Shown: positions 12,183 through 23,345 of the stretch, in pieces | Layout of the letters: the number at the start of each line of letters is the position of its first letter | Position numbering within the stretch: the first letter of the stretch is position 1 | DNA from: Torpedo marmorata | Taxonomy: Eukaryota | NCBI GenBank assembly: GCA_977017645.1 | Contig: OZ360254.1 | Span: 5,580,001-5,644,000 of the forward strand | DNA length: 64,000 nucleotides | Reading direction: 5' to 3' | The notes under the pieces: generated by a model | What the model was told of the DNA's origin: nothing | Databases searched by the model: none | Seen by the model: only the letters and a program-made list of their open reading frames with translations | Made by a program: the position numbers and the translations under genes

Positions 12183-12600
12183 TCTAAGTCAAGTCCAGTC
12201 AAGTCTATTGTCATCTGATTGTACAAGTACAACCCGACGAAACAGCGTTCTCCGGTCCTCGGTACAAAACATGCAGACACACAACCAGACATAACACACA
12301 CACAGACAAACAATACATATGCAGGACAAGTATTTAATCGATACAAATAAATAAATAAATATTGTTTCATGAATACGAGAGTCTCGGATGGTTAGTGTGA
12401 GCAGTTCCTTTGGTCGTTCAGCATTCTCACTGCCTGTGGGAAGAAGCTGTTCCTCAGCCTGGTGGTGCTGGCTCTGATACTCCTGTATCTCTTCCCCGAA
12501 GGGAGCAGCTGAAAGATGCTGTGTGCGGAGTGGAAGGGGTCCTCAATGATTTTGAGCCCCCTCTTCAGACAATAATCCCGGTAGATCACGTCGATGGGGG
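12183..12600 (-). mobile_element. Rex1/Babar subfamily 3' fragment, (GACTT)n tail
   Basis: [42 protein letters not shown]; the same tail recurs at 27560-27775. Confidence 0.82.
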
Positions 12601-13907
12601 AAGGGAGATCCGTTACAATCTGACCCTTTCACGCGTCAGATCTTTACAAACTGATCTACCCCCTCTATAAATTTTTACCTCCGTGGTACAGAATTCTGGG
12701 GATTCACCAGCCCCTGCGGAGGCGAAGTTGTTTTCAGCGAGGATCTCCGTGCCTGTGAAGGTCCCTGGGGCCTCAGTGCAGATCCTCTCCCTCTCCCCGG
12801 CTGACGCTCGATTGCGTGCTGCCCCTCCTCCCCGGGGCAGGTGCGCAGTTACCTGGGGGACTCCCTGGGGCAGGTGCGCAGTTACCTGGGTGACTCCCTG
12901 GGTTGGCAGTGAGAGCCCAGGGAAGGGAGGAACCCCGGCTTGTTGTGGAAATGTCCGCGGGCAACCCTCAGCCCAGGCACCTGCTGCACACCAGCTTGTG
13001 ATGGTGCAGGTGCCCACGTTCTGCCTGGGGATTCGAAGATTCCATGAGCATCATACCTCTCAGCATGCCAACCAACTGCAGCACCAAGCAGACCGGGGCC
13101 GAGCTCGCTTTGGTCTGCCCTCTGGATGGCTGTGGCCCTAGAGCTTTGCAGAACCCCAGCAGTTAACTGCGCTCAACGCACCCCCTTCCCCATTTCCTCA
13201 CACCAACGAAGTAAAACTCTGGCACAGCATGCCTCCTGCTCGCACGCACAACTCACCCCGGCTCTTAGAGAGCCAGCAGGTGGGGGAGCCCCAGGCTTGG
13301 AGGTCCCAGACGCGAGAGGTTTCCAGCGCAGGGGGTCATTCCACGTTTAATCTGCATGGGGCTGACCCGGTCACCATGCTGCCTGTGAGTGATGGAGCCT
13401 TCCCAAGTGGAGCACCTCCTCCCAATATATGACCTGTAGAAGGTGCTCACGGCGATGTAAAGGCAGCACTTGGAGTATGGAGCACAATGTTGTGCTGACC
13501 TATGGAAACCTACTCAACAATCTAACTCTTCCCTACCTCACGCCCATAACCCTCTATTTTTCTTACATCCATGTGCCTGTTTAAGAGATTCTGAATGCCC
13601 CTATTGTACCAGTCTCCACCACCAATCCCATCAATGCATTCCAGGCACCCACCTCTCTGTGTAAAAAACTTGCCTCTGACGTCTCACCTGAATTTTCCTC
13701 CACTCACCTTAAACCGATGCTTTTTGCTATTGTCGCTCTGGGAAAAAAAAGTGTTGGCTGTCCACTTGATCTAAGCCCCGCATAATCTTATATACCTCGA
13801 TTCAGTCACCTCTCATCCTTCAACACTCCAAAAAGAAAAGCTCTGGCTCTGTCAACCTTGCTTCCTTCATGAGACATGTTTTCCAATCCAGGCAGCATCC
13901 TGGTAAA

Positions 13908-14107
13908 AAACACAAAATGCTGGAGAAACTCAGCAGGTCAAACGGTGTCCTTTATGTAGCAAAGGTAGAAATACATAACCGACGTTTCGGGCCTGAGCCC
14001 TTCATCAAGGTTTGCTACATAAAAGACACTGTTTGACCTGCTGAGCTTCTCCAGCATTTTGTGTTTTTTACTTCAACCACGGTGTCTACAGATTTTCGTG
14101 ATTTACT
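13908..14107. mobile_element. Penelope-derived palindromic mini-element with ~14-bp TSD
   Basis: Inverted arms; TSD AGCATCCTGGTAAA (13894-13907) / AGTATCCTGGTAAA (14108-14121). Confidence 0.8.
13978..14011 (-). ncRNA. Minimal type I hammerhead-ribozyme-like motif (U at position 3)
   Basis: ACC-UUGAUGA-A-GGGC-UCAG-GCCC-GAAAC-GUC-GGU: stem I ACC/GGU, 4-bp stem II, palindromic ACGU stem III, GUC cleavage triplet. Confidence 0.6.
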
Positions 14108-14392
14108 AGTATCCTGGTAAATCTCCTCTGCACCCTCTCTAAAGCATCTATATCCTTCCTGTAATTGGGTGACCAGAACTGAACACAATCCTCCAAGTGT
14201 GGTCTAACCAGAGTTTTCTAGTGCTTCAACATTACCTCACGACTTCTGAACTCAATCCTCCGAATAATGAAGGTCAGCATACCATACGTCTTCTTATCCA
14301 CCCTATCAACCTACGTGGCAACCTTGATAGATCTATGGATTTTGACCACAAGGTCCCTCTGTTCTTGCACACTGTTAAGAATACTGCCATTA

Positions 14393-14894
14393 TTAAGATG
14401 AAATTAAATATGTATCAAATAGAATTTTTGCGAATTGCTTTAGCTGTTTCTAAGAAATGCATTGCTATTACATAGAAATCTGATGTAGATTTAGGCTTAG
14501 AAAGATGGCATGCAGAACTTCGTTCAGCGACACCACTTGAAAGAATTATCTATAATTTATGTAATAAATATCATTTCTTTTTGAAAATATGGAGCCCATA
14601 TATAAAAACTGTTGGTTTAAGGATTTGAAGATCTCTGGACATCAGATCTGACTGGCGAACCTATCTTCCACAATAAATTCAGTTTATAGTTGTTTTTTTT
14701 TAGATTGACATTCTCCTTAATCTATCTTTTTCTTTTTTCTTTCTTTTTTATTTTAGTAGATTAGTAGGGGTGGGAGGGTTAGGGAGGGGTGGGAGGGAGG
14801 GGGGGTGAAAATGTATCACATGTATTTTGATAATTTTGTATTTTATATTATGTATTCTGTGATTTAAAAATTTTAAATAAAATATTTTTTTAAA
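14393..14894 (+). mobile_element. L1/Tx1-clade 3' fragment
   Basis: YQIEFLRIALAVSKKCIAIT; G-rich 3' UTR, AATAAA and A-rich tail; degenerate TSD AAGAATACTGCCATTA/AAGAATCCCACCATTA. Confidence 0.85.
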
Positions 14895-15799
14895 AAAGAA
14901 TCCCACCATTAACCACGTATTCTGCCTTCAAGTTTGACCTTCCACAATGCATCACTTCACAATATCCGAATTGAACCCCATCTGCCACTTTTCCGCCCAA
15001 CTCTGCATCCTGTCTATATCCTGTTTTAACCTACGACAACCATCCATACTATCCACAACTCCTCCAACCTTCGTATCATCTGCCAACTTACTGACCCACC
15101 CGTCCACCTCTTCATCCAAGTCTCCTGGTCTCTTTGGAACGAGGGATGTCCACCACATTCACCTGGCATAATCCCACATCCAGCCTCCACAAGGAATGAC
15201 AACAACTCGTGCGTCCCAAATGTGGAAGTAATCTCTCCGTCCGAGGACCATATGCACAGCCAGAATTACCAGGAGGAATTTCACAATCTGATGCATGTGA
15301 ATCAAGCTGGGATTCACTCCAAGCTTAATAATTTTCTGACCAAATGTTGCTGATAAAAGTATTTCAAGTTGGATCTGGAGTGTGGCCATACTTTATGAGC
15401 TACTTCCAGCCTTTTGTTTCCTCGTGCGCTCTGCAACTGCTCCATTCTCACATCCCTTCGTTTTCAAGATGACTCAATAGTAAAATAACTGAATTCCTTC
15501 TGTAATTCTGTAACCCCGTCCTCTGTACAGGGTGGACCACTCGCAGAACAAACATTTTATCTCAATAAATGTGACAATAAACTTAAACTTGAAAAGCCAC
15601 TGATGTGTAATCCAATTACTAGTCTTCTTCCACCTGCACTGGGAGTGGTTGATGGAGGGAAACACGAAACAGAGTAGAGGGAACTTTTCTCTGTACCCAA
15701 CCTATCCTGTCTCTGCGCTGGGAGTGTTGATAGACAGAGTACAGGGAGCTTTGCACTGTACCCAACCTATCCTGTCCCTGTGCTTGGAATGCGCAGTGT

Positions 15800-16572
15800 G
15801 CCTATCACTCGTAGTCAAGGATGATGGCCTTTGCGAATTGCTTTGGCTGTTTCAAAGAAATGCATTGCTATTACATGGAAATCTGATGCAGATTTAGGGT
15901 TAGAAAGATGACATGCAGAACTTCGTTCATGCAAACCACTTGAAAAAATTACTTATAATTTACGTGATAAATATCATTTCTTTTTGAGGGTATGGAGCCC
16001 ATATATAAAAACTATGGGTTTGACTGGCGAACCTGTCTTTTAGATTGACATTCTCCATTATCTATTCTTTTTTATTAGAGTAGTAGGAGTGGGTGGGTTT
16101 GGGAGGGGGAAGGGAGGGAGGGGAGGGTGAAAATATATCACATGTATTTTGATATTTCTGAAATTTATAAACATGTATTATCGTGTGATTAAAAATTTCA
16201 AATAAAATAATTTTTAAAAAAAGGATGATGGCCTTCGTTCCATTTATCCACCGAGCGAAGACGCCTGTGTGTGTACTTGTTTAACGTGTACTTAATTTTT
16301 CACTTAAGAAGCACACGATACTTCACAAATCAACCAACTAGTTCCAATGGCATGAAAACCACGACGATTGGAGCTGATGGATTTGTTGCAGCCTTCGTCC
16401 GCCTTCACAGCCGTTGAGTCCAAAGTAACTTCGTTCGCCTGTTCCACCGTTGAGGTCTTGGTTGAATTGTTCTTTATCAGGGACCTCACCCTTGACTTTA
16501 CCGCCATGGGCGGCCCTACCAGGAGCGTAGCTCCAGGCGGCATCACTCTCGGGATCACAGGACCACACAAGT
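15800..16572 (-). mobile_element. RTE-clade non-autonomous element (5' UTR plus 3' tail, no ORF), split by an L1
   Basis: Minus strand TGATCCCGAGAG..CTGGTAGGGCCGCCCATGGCGGTAAAGTCAAGGGTGAGGTCC resembles RTE 5' UTRs. Confidence 0.55.
15832..16220 (+). mobile_element. L1/Tx1-clade 3' fragment
   Basis: Same family as 14393; 15-bp TSD AAGGATGATGGCCTT at 15817-15831 and 16221-16235. Confidence 0.88.
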
Positions 16573-17249
16573 GTGTGACAGTGTGGGGGCACTTTATTCC
16601 AAAGCTAAATCCTGCAGTGTCTGACCCAGGAGAGCCTGATAGAGTGTTATCCAGGAGACGTCACTCTGTGAATGCCACTGGAGAGTCGATACTGATGATG
16701 ATCCATCTCTGCTCTCCCTCCCCTGGGTTTCCTGCTCATCTCTGGATATTGACTCCTGCGGGCAAGTGTCTCTTCCTCTGGAGAGGAAGTGGGGAGCAGC
16801 CGGTATGAGCAAATTGTTCCGTTTTGTTCCGTGTCTCAGCAGCGAGGTTGTAGGTTCAATTCCCGGTCCTGTCACCCTCCTCCTGAAGGACAAATAAACA
16901 GAGGGCTTTCTCCCCCAGGACACGGCTTTCATTGCACCAGGTGTGTTCATACTGGAGGCACATCCCTCCTCTCCCCGGTGACTGGATGATCCAGAGGGAA
17001 TCGAGCTTCAAATTTAGCACTCTGACTCACCTGCCGTGACCTCACTGCCTGTCTCCGAGGCGCGATCCCCAGGAGGTCGAGAAAATCCCACCGTTCCAGC
17101 AGACATAGTCGGGGTGGGGCATCAGGAGTGGGGAACAAACACTGTCCACACAGGAGGGACCGGGAAAATTGCACCTCTGCTCAGCTAAAGGTCATGTCAG
17201 AATCTACTCCATGAGGACTAATCCCAGTGCAGTTCATCAGAGCAAAAAA

Positions 17250-17620
17250 ACATAAGAAATAGGAGCAGGAGTCGGCCATCCGGCCCGTCGAGCCTGCTCC
17301 GCCATTCAATGAGATCATGGCTGATCTGATGATAGGCTCATCTCCACCTACCTGCCTTTTCCCCATATCCCTTAATTCCCCTTCTATGCAAAAACCTATC
17401 CAATCTTGTCTTAAATATGTTTACTGAGGAGCCTCCACTGCTTCAATGGGCAGAGAATTCCACAGATTCACCATCCTTTGGGAATAGCAGTTCCTCCTCA
17501 TCTCTGTCCTAAATTACTACCCTGAATTTTGAGAATATGTCCCCTAGTTCTGGTCTTTCCTACCAATGGAGAACAAGTTACCTACCTCTATCTTATCTAT
17601 GCCTTTCATAATTTTATATG
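17250..17620 (-). mobile_element. CR1 3' fragment
   Basis: Reverse complement of ATCAGCCATGATCTCATTGAATGGCGGAGCAGGCTCGACGGGCCGGATGGCC..TTTCTTATG. Confidence 0.85.
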
Positions 17621-17843
17621 TTCCATTGTCTGCTGATTATCATAGTTGGATACCATTTATCCTTGTCCCATCCCATGTCTCCTGGGATCTCTACAGCAAC
17701 GAGTGCTGAATAATTACTGTCAACCCAGGAAACCAAATACATACACACCCTCACCCTGCAGTCTTTGACTGACTGTGGCAATGCAGCCTGCACTTTTGTT
17801 TTATTATTGCACTGCCTGCACGTGACAAGAAACAATTCAAACA

Positions 17844-17983
17844 NNNNNNNNNNNNNNNNNNNNNNNNNNNNNNNNNNNNNNNNNNNNNNNNNNNNNNNNN
17901 NNNNNNNNNNNNNNNNNNNNNNNNNNNNNNNNNNNNNNNNNNNNNNNNNNNNNNNNNNNNNNNNNNNNNNNNNNNNNNNNNNN
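17844..17983. other. Assembly gap
   Basis: 140 N. Confidence 1.
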
Positions 17984-18084
17984 AACACATACAGGCACAT
18001 TGCAATTTCCAAGTCCAAAGGTACTTGATTGGAGTCTGTTGAATCAGGCGAGTGTTGGGAACTTCGCTTTGTTTCAAATTAATT

Positions 18085-18390
18085 TATTTTAAAAATTTAG
18101 ACATACAACACGGTAACAAGCCATTTCGGCCCTATGAGTTCGTGCCGCACAATTTACACCCCATTAACCCTCACCCCCGATACATTTTGAACGGTGGGAG
18201 GAAACCGGAGCCCCCGGAGAAAACCCACGTAGACACGGGGAGAACGTACAAACTCCTTACAGACAGCGCGGGATTCGAACCCAGGTCTGGTCCCGATCGC
18301 TGGCGCTGTAAAGGCATTACGCTAACCGCTACACCAACCTTACCGCCCTGTGAAGGCGTTGCGCTAACCGCTACGCCAACCTTGCCGCCT
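18085..18390 (-). mobile_element. V-SINE with a duplicated 5' head
   Basis: Full SINE; the ~42-bp A-box segment is present twice (18307-18390). Confidence 0.88.
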
Positions 18391-18480
18391 TGAATTGAAG
18401 CGGATTGTGAACCTCAGTGATTGGTTGGTGTCTGTTGATACTGATGGAGCCAGCAGCAAATAAAAAGAAGGGAAGCTGAA

Positions 18481-19548
18481 GTGGAGCGGCCGGTGTGGAG
18501 CGGCCGGTGTGGAGCGGCCGGTGTGGAGCGGCCAGTGTGGAGCGGCCCAGTGTAAAGCGGCCCAGTATGGAGTGGCCGGTGTGGAGTGGCCCAGTGTAGA
18601 GCGGCCGGTGTGGAGCGGCCAGTGTAGAGCGGCCGGTGTGGAGCGGCCAGTGTGGAGCGGCCAGTGTGGAGCGGCCCAGTGTAAAGCGGCCCAGTGTGGA
18701 GCGGCCCAGTGTGGAGCGGCCCAGTGTAGAGCGGCCGGTGTGGAGCGGCCGGTGTGGAGCGGCCCAGTGTGGAGCGGCCGGTGTGGAGCGGCCCAGTGTA
18801 GAGCGGCCGGTGTGGAGCGGCCAGTGTGGAGCGGCCAGTGTGGAGCGGCCAGTGTGGAGCGGCCAGTGTGGAGCGGCCGGTGTGGAGCGGCCCAGTGTGG
18901 AGCGGCCAGTGTGGAGCGGCCAGTGTGGAGCGGCCAGTGTGGAGCGGCCAGTGTGGAGCGGCCAGTGTGGAGCGGCCAGTGTAGAGCTGCCCAGTGTAGA
19001 GCTGCCCAGTGTGGAGCGGCCAGTGTGGAGCGGCCAGTGTAGAGCTGCCCAGTGTGGAGCGGCCAGTGTGGAGCGGCCAGTGTAGAGCTGCCCAGTGTGG
19101 AGCGGCCAGTGTGGAGTGGCCCAGTGTAGAGCGGCCGGTGTGGAGCGGCCAGTGTGGAGTGGCCCAGTGTAGAGCTGCCCAGTGTGGAGCGGCCAGTGTG
19201 GAGCGGCCAGTGTAGAGCTGCCCAGTGTGGAGCGGCCAGTGTGGAGTGGCCCAGTGTAGAGCTGCCCAGTGTGGAGCGGCCGGTGTGGAGCGGCCAGTGT
19301 GGAGCGGCCAGTGTAGAGCTGCCCAGTGTGGAGCGGCCAGTGTGGAGTGGCCCAGTGTAGAGCGGCCGGTGTGGAGCGGCCAGTGTGGAGCGGCCAGTGT
19401 GGAGCGGCCCAGTGTAGAGCTGCCCAGTGTGGAGCGGCCAGTGTGGAGCGGCCAGTGTAGAGCTGCCCAGTGTAGAGCTGCCCAGTGTGGAGCGGCCAGT
19501 GTGGAGCGGCCGGTGTGGAGCGGCCGGTGTGGAGCGGCCCAGTGTAGG
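18481..19548. repeat. 14-15-bp GC-rich minisatellite GTGTGGAGCGGCC(C)A/G
   Basis: About 70 tandem units with variant types (GTGTAGAGCTGCCCA, GTGTGGAGTGGCCCA). Confidence 0.97.
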
Positions 19549-19649
19549 AGTGGAGATTTAGAAGCTTTGGCTCAAGAAGCTTCGGTGAGCAGAGGATGAG
19601 GACGAGCTACAGGTAAGGTCAGCTAAGACCTGACATAGTAACCCAGAGT

Positions 19650-19876
19650 AAAGGTTCCATTATTGTCACGTAATACTACATTTAGAATGTAACATACATG
19701 AAATTCTTTAATTTTTGTCTACTGTAAGGCAGACAGAGGGTCGCTACTTTGTCCAGCGCCCCTCACAGAAACCTACAGCACCTGGTGTTCCTTGGTGGTC
19801 TCCCCTCCAAGTACTGACCAGTCCTGTGCCTGCTTAGCTTCTGAGATCAGACAATCCCAGTCGTATTCAGGCTATT
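19650..19876 (-). mobile_element. 5S rRNA-derived SINE (SINE3-type) with Rex1-like tail
   Basis: 19769-19875 reverse complement GTCTGATCTCAGAAGCTAAGCAGG..CTGGTCAGTACTTGGAGGGGAGACC..GGTGCTGTAGGTTT (5S A/IE/C boxes), then a unique body and GAATTTCATG..GTGACAATAA tail. Confidence 0.75.
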
Positions 19877-20173
19877 GGTGCTGTTAGGTAGTGGAGATGG
19901 TAGCCAGGGCAGTGGAATGCTCCGCTTGCAGGATGTGGGAAATCTATGACAGCACAATTGTCCCTGATGACTACACCTGCAAGAGGTGCATCCAGCTGCA
20001 GCTCCTTGGAGACTGAATTAGGGAACTGGAGTTGGATCTGGATGAACTCTGGATCATTCGGGAGGCAGAGGGGGTGATAGAGAGGAGCTATAGGGAGATA
20101 GTCACAGCCAGGAGGCCGGTAACTAGGTGACTGCTCGGAGAGGGAAGGGGAATAGGCAGTGTTATGGACCATG

Positions 20174-22466
20174 TGGTCATTGTGGAAGACTTCAATCAGG
20201 CCAACCTGAAGAAGTCACTGTCAAACTACCACCAACACATCACATGCGAGACCAGGGGAACCAACACACTCGACCACTGCTACACCACCGTGAAGAACGC
20301 ATACCACGACCGCACTTCGGCAAGTCTAATCACCTGGCTGTACTTCTACTCCCGGCGTACAAGCAGAGACTGAAGACCACAGCACCAGTGGTGAGGACGG
20401 CGAAAGTGTGGTCGAAGGGGGCGGAGGAGCGTCTGCAGGACTGCTTTGAATCGGTGGACTGGAACATATTCAAGCACTCAGCCATAGACCTAAATGAATA
20501 TGCAACAGGTGTCACCATCTTCATCAAGACCTGCGTGGATGAGTGTGTGCCAACGTGCAAATACCAGGTGTTCCCCAACTAGAAGCCCTGGATGAATCAG
20601 AGAATTTGCAACCTGCTGAGGACGAGAACAAGGGCGTTTAAGGCCGGGGACCGGGATCTTTACAAGAAGTCCAGGCACGACCTGCGGAAGGCCATCTCTG
20701 AAGCAAAGTGGCAATTCCGGAGGAAGCTAGAGACAGAGACAGATACACGCCAGCTATGGCAGGGAGTGCAGGCCGTTACAGCCTACAAAGCGAGAACAAA
20801 CACTATAGACGGCTGTGATGCTTCATTACCCGATGAGCTGAACACCTTCTATGCCCGCTTTGAGAAGAAGAACAAAACAGTGCCTACTAGAATCCCTGAA
20901 AAGGCTGAGGACCCTGTGATATCTGTCTCTGAGGGCGACGTCAGAACATCATTCAAGAGGGTGAACCCTCGCAAGGCGTCAGGCTCTGACGGCGTACATG
21001 GCAGGGTACTGAAAATCTGCGCCAACCAACTAGCCGGAGTGTTCGCGGACATTTTCAACCTCTCATTGCAGCAGTCAGAGGTTCCCACCTGCTTCAAAAG
21101 GGCACCAATCATCCCGGTACCCAAGAAGAGAAGTGTGTGCTGCCTCAATGACTTCCGCCCAGTAGCACTAACTTCTACTGTGATGAAATGCTTTGAGAGG
21201 CTGGTCATGGCCAGAATTAACACGTACCTAAGCAAAGATCTGGACCCACTACAATTCGCCTATCATCACAATCTCTCCACAGCAGATGCAATATCGCTGG
21301 CTCTCCACTCAGCTCTGGATCACCTCGAAAACAGCAATTCATACATACGGCTGCTCTTCATCGACTACAGCTCGGCCTTCAATACCATTATTCCCTCAGT
21401 GCTGGTCAAGAAGCTACAAACTCTAGGCCTCTGTACCCACTCTGCAACTGGATCCTTGACTTTCTCATCGGAAGACCACAGTAGGTACGAATTGGAAACA
21501 ACGTCTCCTCCTCACTGATTATCAACACAGGCGCACCCCAAGGATGCGTGCTTAGTTCACTGCTCTACTCGTTTTTCACCCATGACTGTGTGGCCAGGCA
21601 CAATTCCAATGACATCTTCAAGTTTGCCGATGACACCACAGTTGTCGGCAGAATCACAAACGCAATGAGGAAGCGTACAGGAGGGAGATAGATCAGCTCG
21701 TTGAATGGTGTAATGGCAACAACCTTGAGCTCAACGTCAGCAAAACCAAGGAGATGATTGTGGACTTCAGGAGGAAGTCAGGGGAACACGACCCAGTCCT
21801 CATCGAGGGCTCAGCAGTGGAGAAGGTCAAGAACTTCAAATTCCTGGGTGTCAACATCTCCGAGGATCTGTCCTGGAGCCTCCACGTTGATGCAATCACA
21901 AAGAAGGCTCGTCAGCGGCTATACTTTGTGAGGTGTCTGAGGAGATTTGGTATGTCACCAAAGACTCTCGTAAACTTCTACAGGTGTACCGTGGAGAGCA
22001 TTCTGGCTGGTTGCATCACTGCCTGGTATGGAGGCGCCAGCTCCCAGGACAAGAGTAAACTCCAGAGGGTTGTTAACTCGGCCTGTGACATCACAGGCAC
22101 CAAACTTCACTCCATCGAGGACATCTACATGAGGCGGTGTCTTAAAAAAGCAGCCTCTATCCTCAAAGACCCCCACCACCCAGGCCATGCCCTCTTCACT
22201 CTGCTACCATCGGGAAAAAGGTACAGGAGCCTAAAGATGAGCACTCAACGGCACAAGGACAGCTTCTTCCCCGCTGCCATCAGATTCCTGAATAATCAAT
22301 GAACCAAAGACACTGCCTTACTTTTCATGCACTATTGTTTATAATTTTTTATAGTAATGTCGTAAGATGGTTAATATGAATGTTAATTGCACTATGATGC
22401 TGCCGCAAAACACCGAATTTCATGACTTGTTCATGACAATAAATTCTGATTCTGATTCTGATTCTG
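20174..22466 (+). mobile_element. Rex1/Babar LINE, 5'-truncated, frameshifted
   Basis: APE C-half, RT and C-terminal peptides; (TTCTGA)n tail. Confidence 0.93.
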
Positions 22467-23115
22467 ACTGACCATTTGGACTGCGGACAGTCAGCTGGAA
22501 GGATGAAGTCTTTTGAGTACACACTTGGTCCAGGTACTGAAAGAGTTAACTTGCCCAGGGCTGGCTGTGCTCAGAGAGAGACACACAAAGAGAGAGAGAG
22601 AGACAGGCTGTGAAAAATATACTTTGTTGCACTTTTGGAAAAGCAGGTGCAAAACTCTGCAAAAGCAGTCAGTGGAGTTGCAAAGGCTGGAGAGAGAACA
22701 GCAAAAACAGAGGCTTGTGCATTCCGGCTAGAAAGGCTGTGGAAAAGAGCACATGGCCTCCTTTATCAGTAAAATACTGATTTAAAGCAATTTTCGTGGA
22801 TAACAGGCGTGAGATCAGCTAGACGGGCTGTGAGATCCACGTACACGCCTTCATCAGTGGAACACTGATTTGAACAGCAACCCTCGTGCATCTACAAAAG
22901 GAAAGTCATTGGAAGGATATTGCAGACCAAGCATTCGTAAGCTTAAAACAGTCATTTTCTCTCTCTCCAACGTTCATTAAGAAGTCCTTCGTGCCAGCAC
23001 ACAGAGCTGAATTTGGACCCTGAACATAGACTGTATTTTTGGGACTGACTTATTTTTATGACTGACCTGGGGTTTTGGGGAAGGTTTTCCATTTTTACAT
23101 GAGGGTTGGGCACAG

Positions 23116-23249
23116 NNNNNNNNNNNNNNNNNNNNNNNNNNNNNNNNNNNNNNNNNNNNNNNNNNNNNNNNNNNNNNNNNNNNNNNNNNNNNNNNNNNNN
23201 NNNNNNNNNNNNNNNNNNNNNNNNNNNNNNNNNNNNNNNNNNNNNNNNN
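23116..23249. other. Assembly gap
   Basis: 134 N. Confidence 1.
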
Positions 23250-23345
23250 GAATAGTTGTTATAGATGTTTATGGTGGGGTTAATCATTAAGAAGTTATAT
23301 ATTGAATTGTCTTTAATAAATATAAATTAAAACTTTAACCCCTTT

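Larger units (their letters stand above)
13470..15120 (-). mobile_element. CR1 3' portion (interrupted by a Penelope mini-element and an L1)
   Basis: DLDEEVDGWVSKLADDTKVGG..WQMGFN on the minus strand; CR1 tail near 13470. Confidence 0.82.
18420..20159 (+). mobile_element. CR1 5' end (5' UTR and ORF1 zinc-finger/leucine zipper)
   Basis: MVARAVECSACRMWEIYDSTIVPDDYTCKRCIQLQLLGD*IRELELDLDELWIIREAEGVI from ~19897; the host appears to resume after 24247. Confidence 0.75.

Noticed and set aside
18509-19599. Repetitive ORFs (VERPVWSGQCGAAS), and CRISPR-like appearance of the array
   Set aside because: Translation of a 14-15-bp minisatellite; there are no unique spacers, no cas genes, and the context is eukaryotic.
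19769-19875. Functional 5S rRNA gene
   Set aside because: 5' end missing, many substitutions, no T-run terminator, and fused to a retro-type tail.
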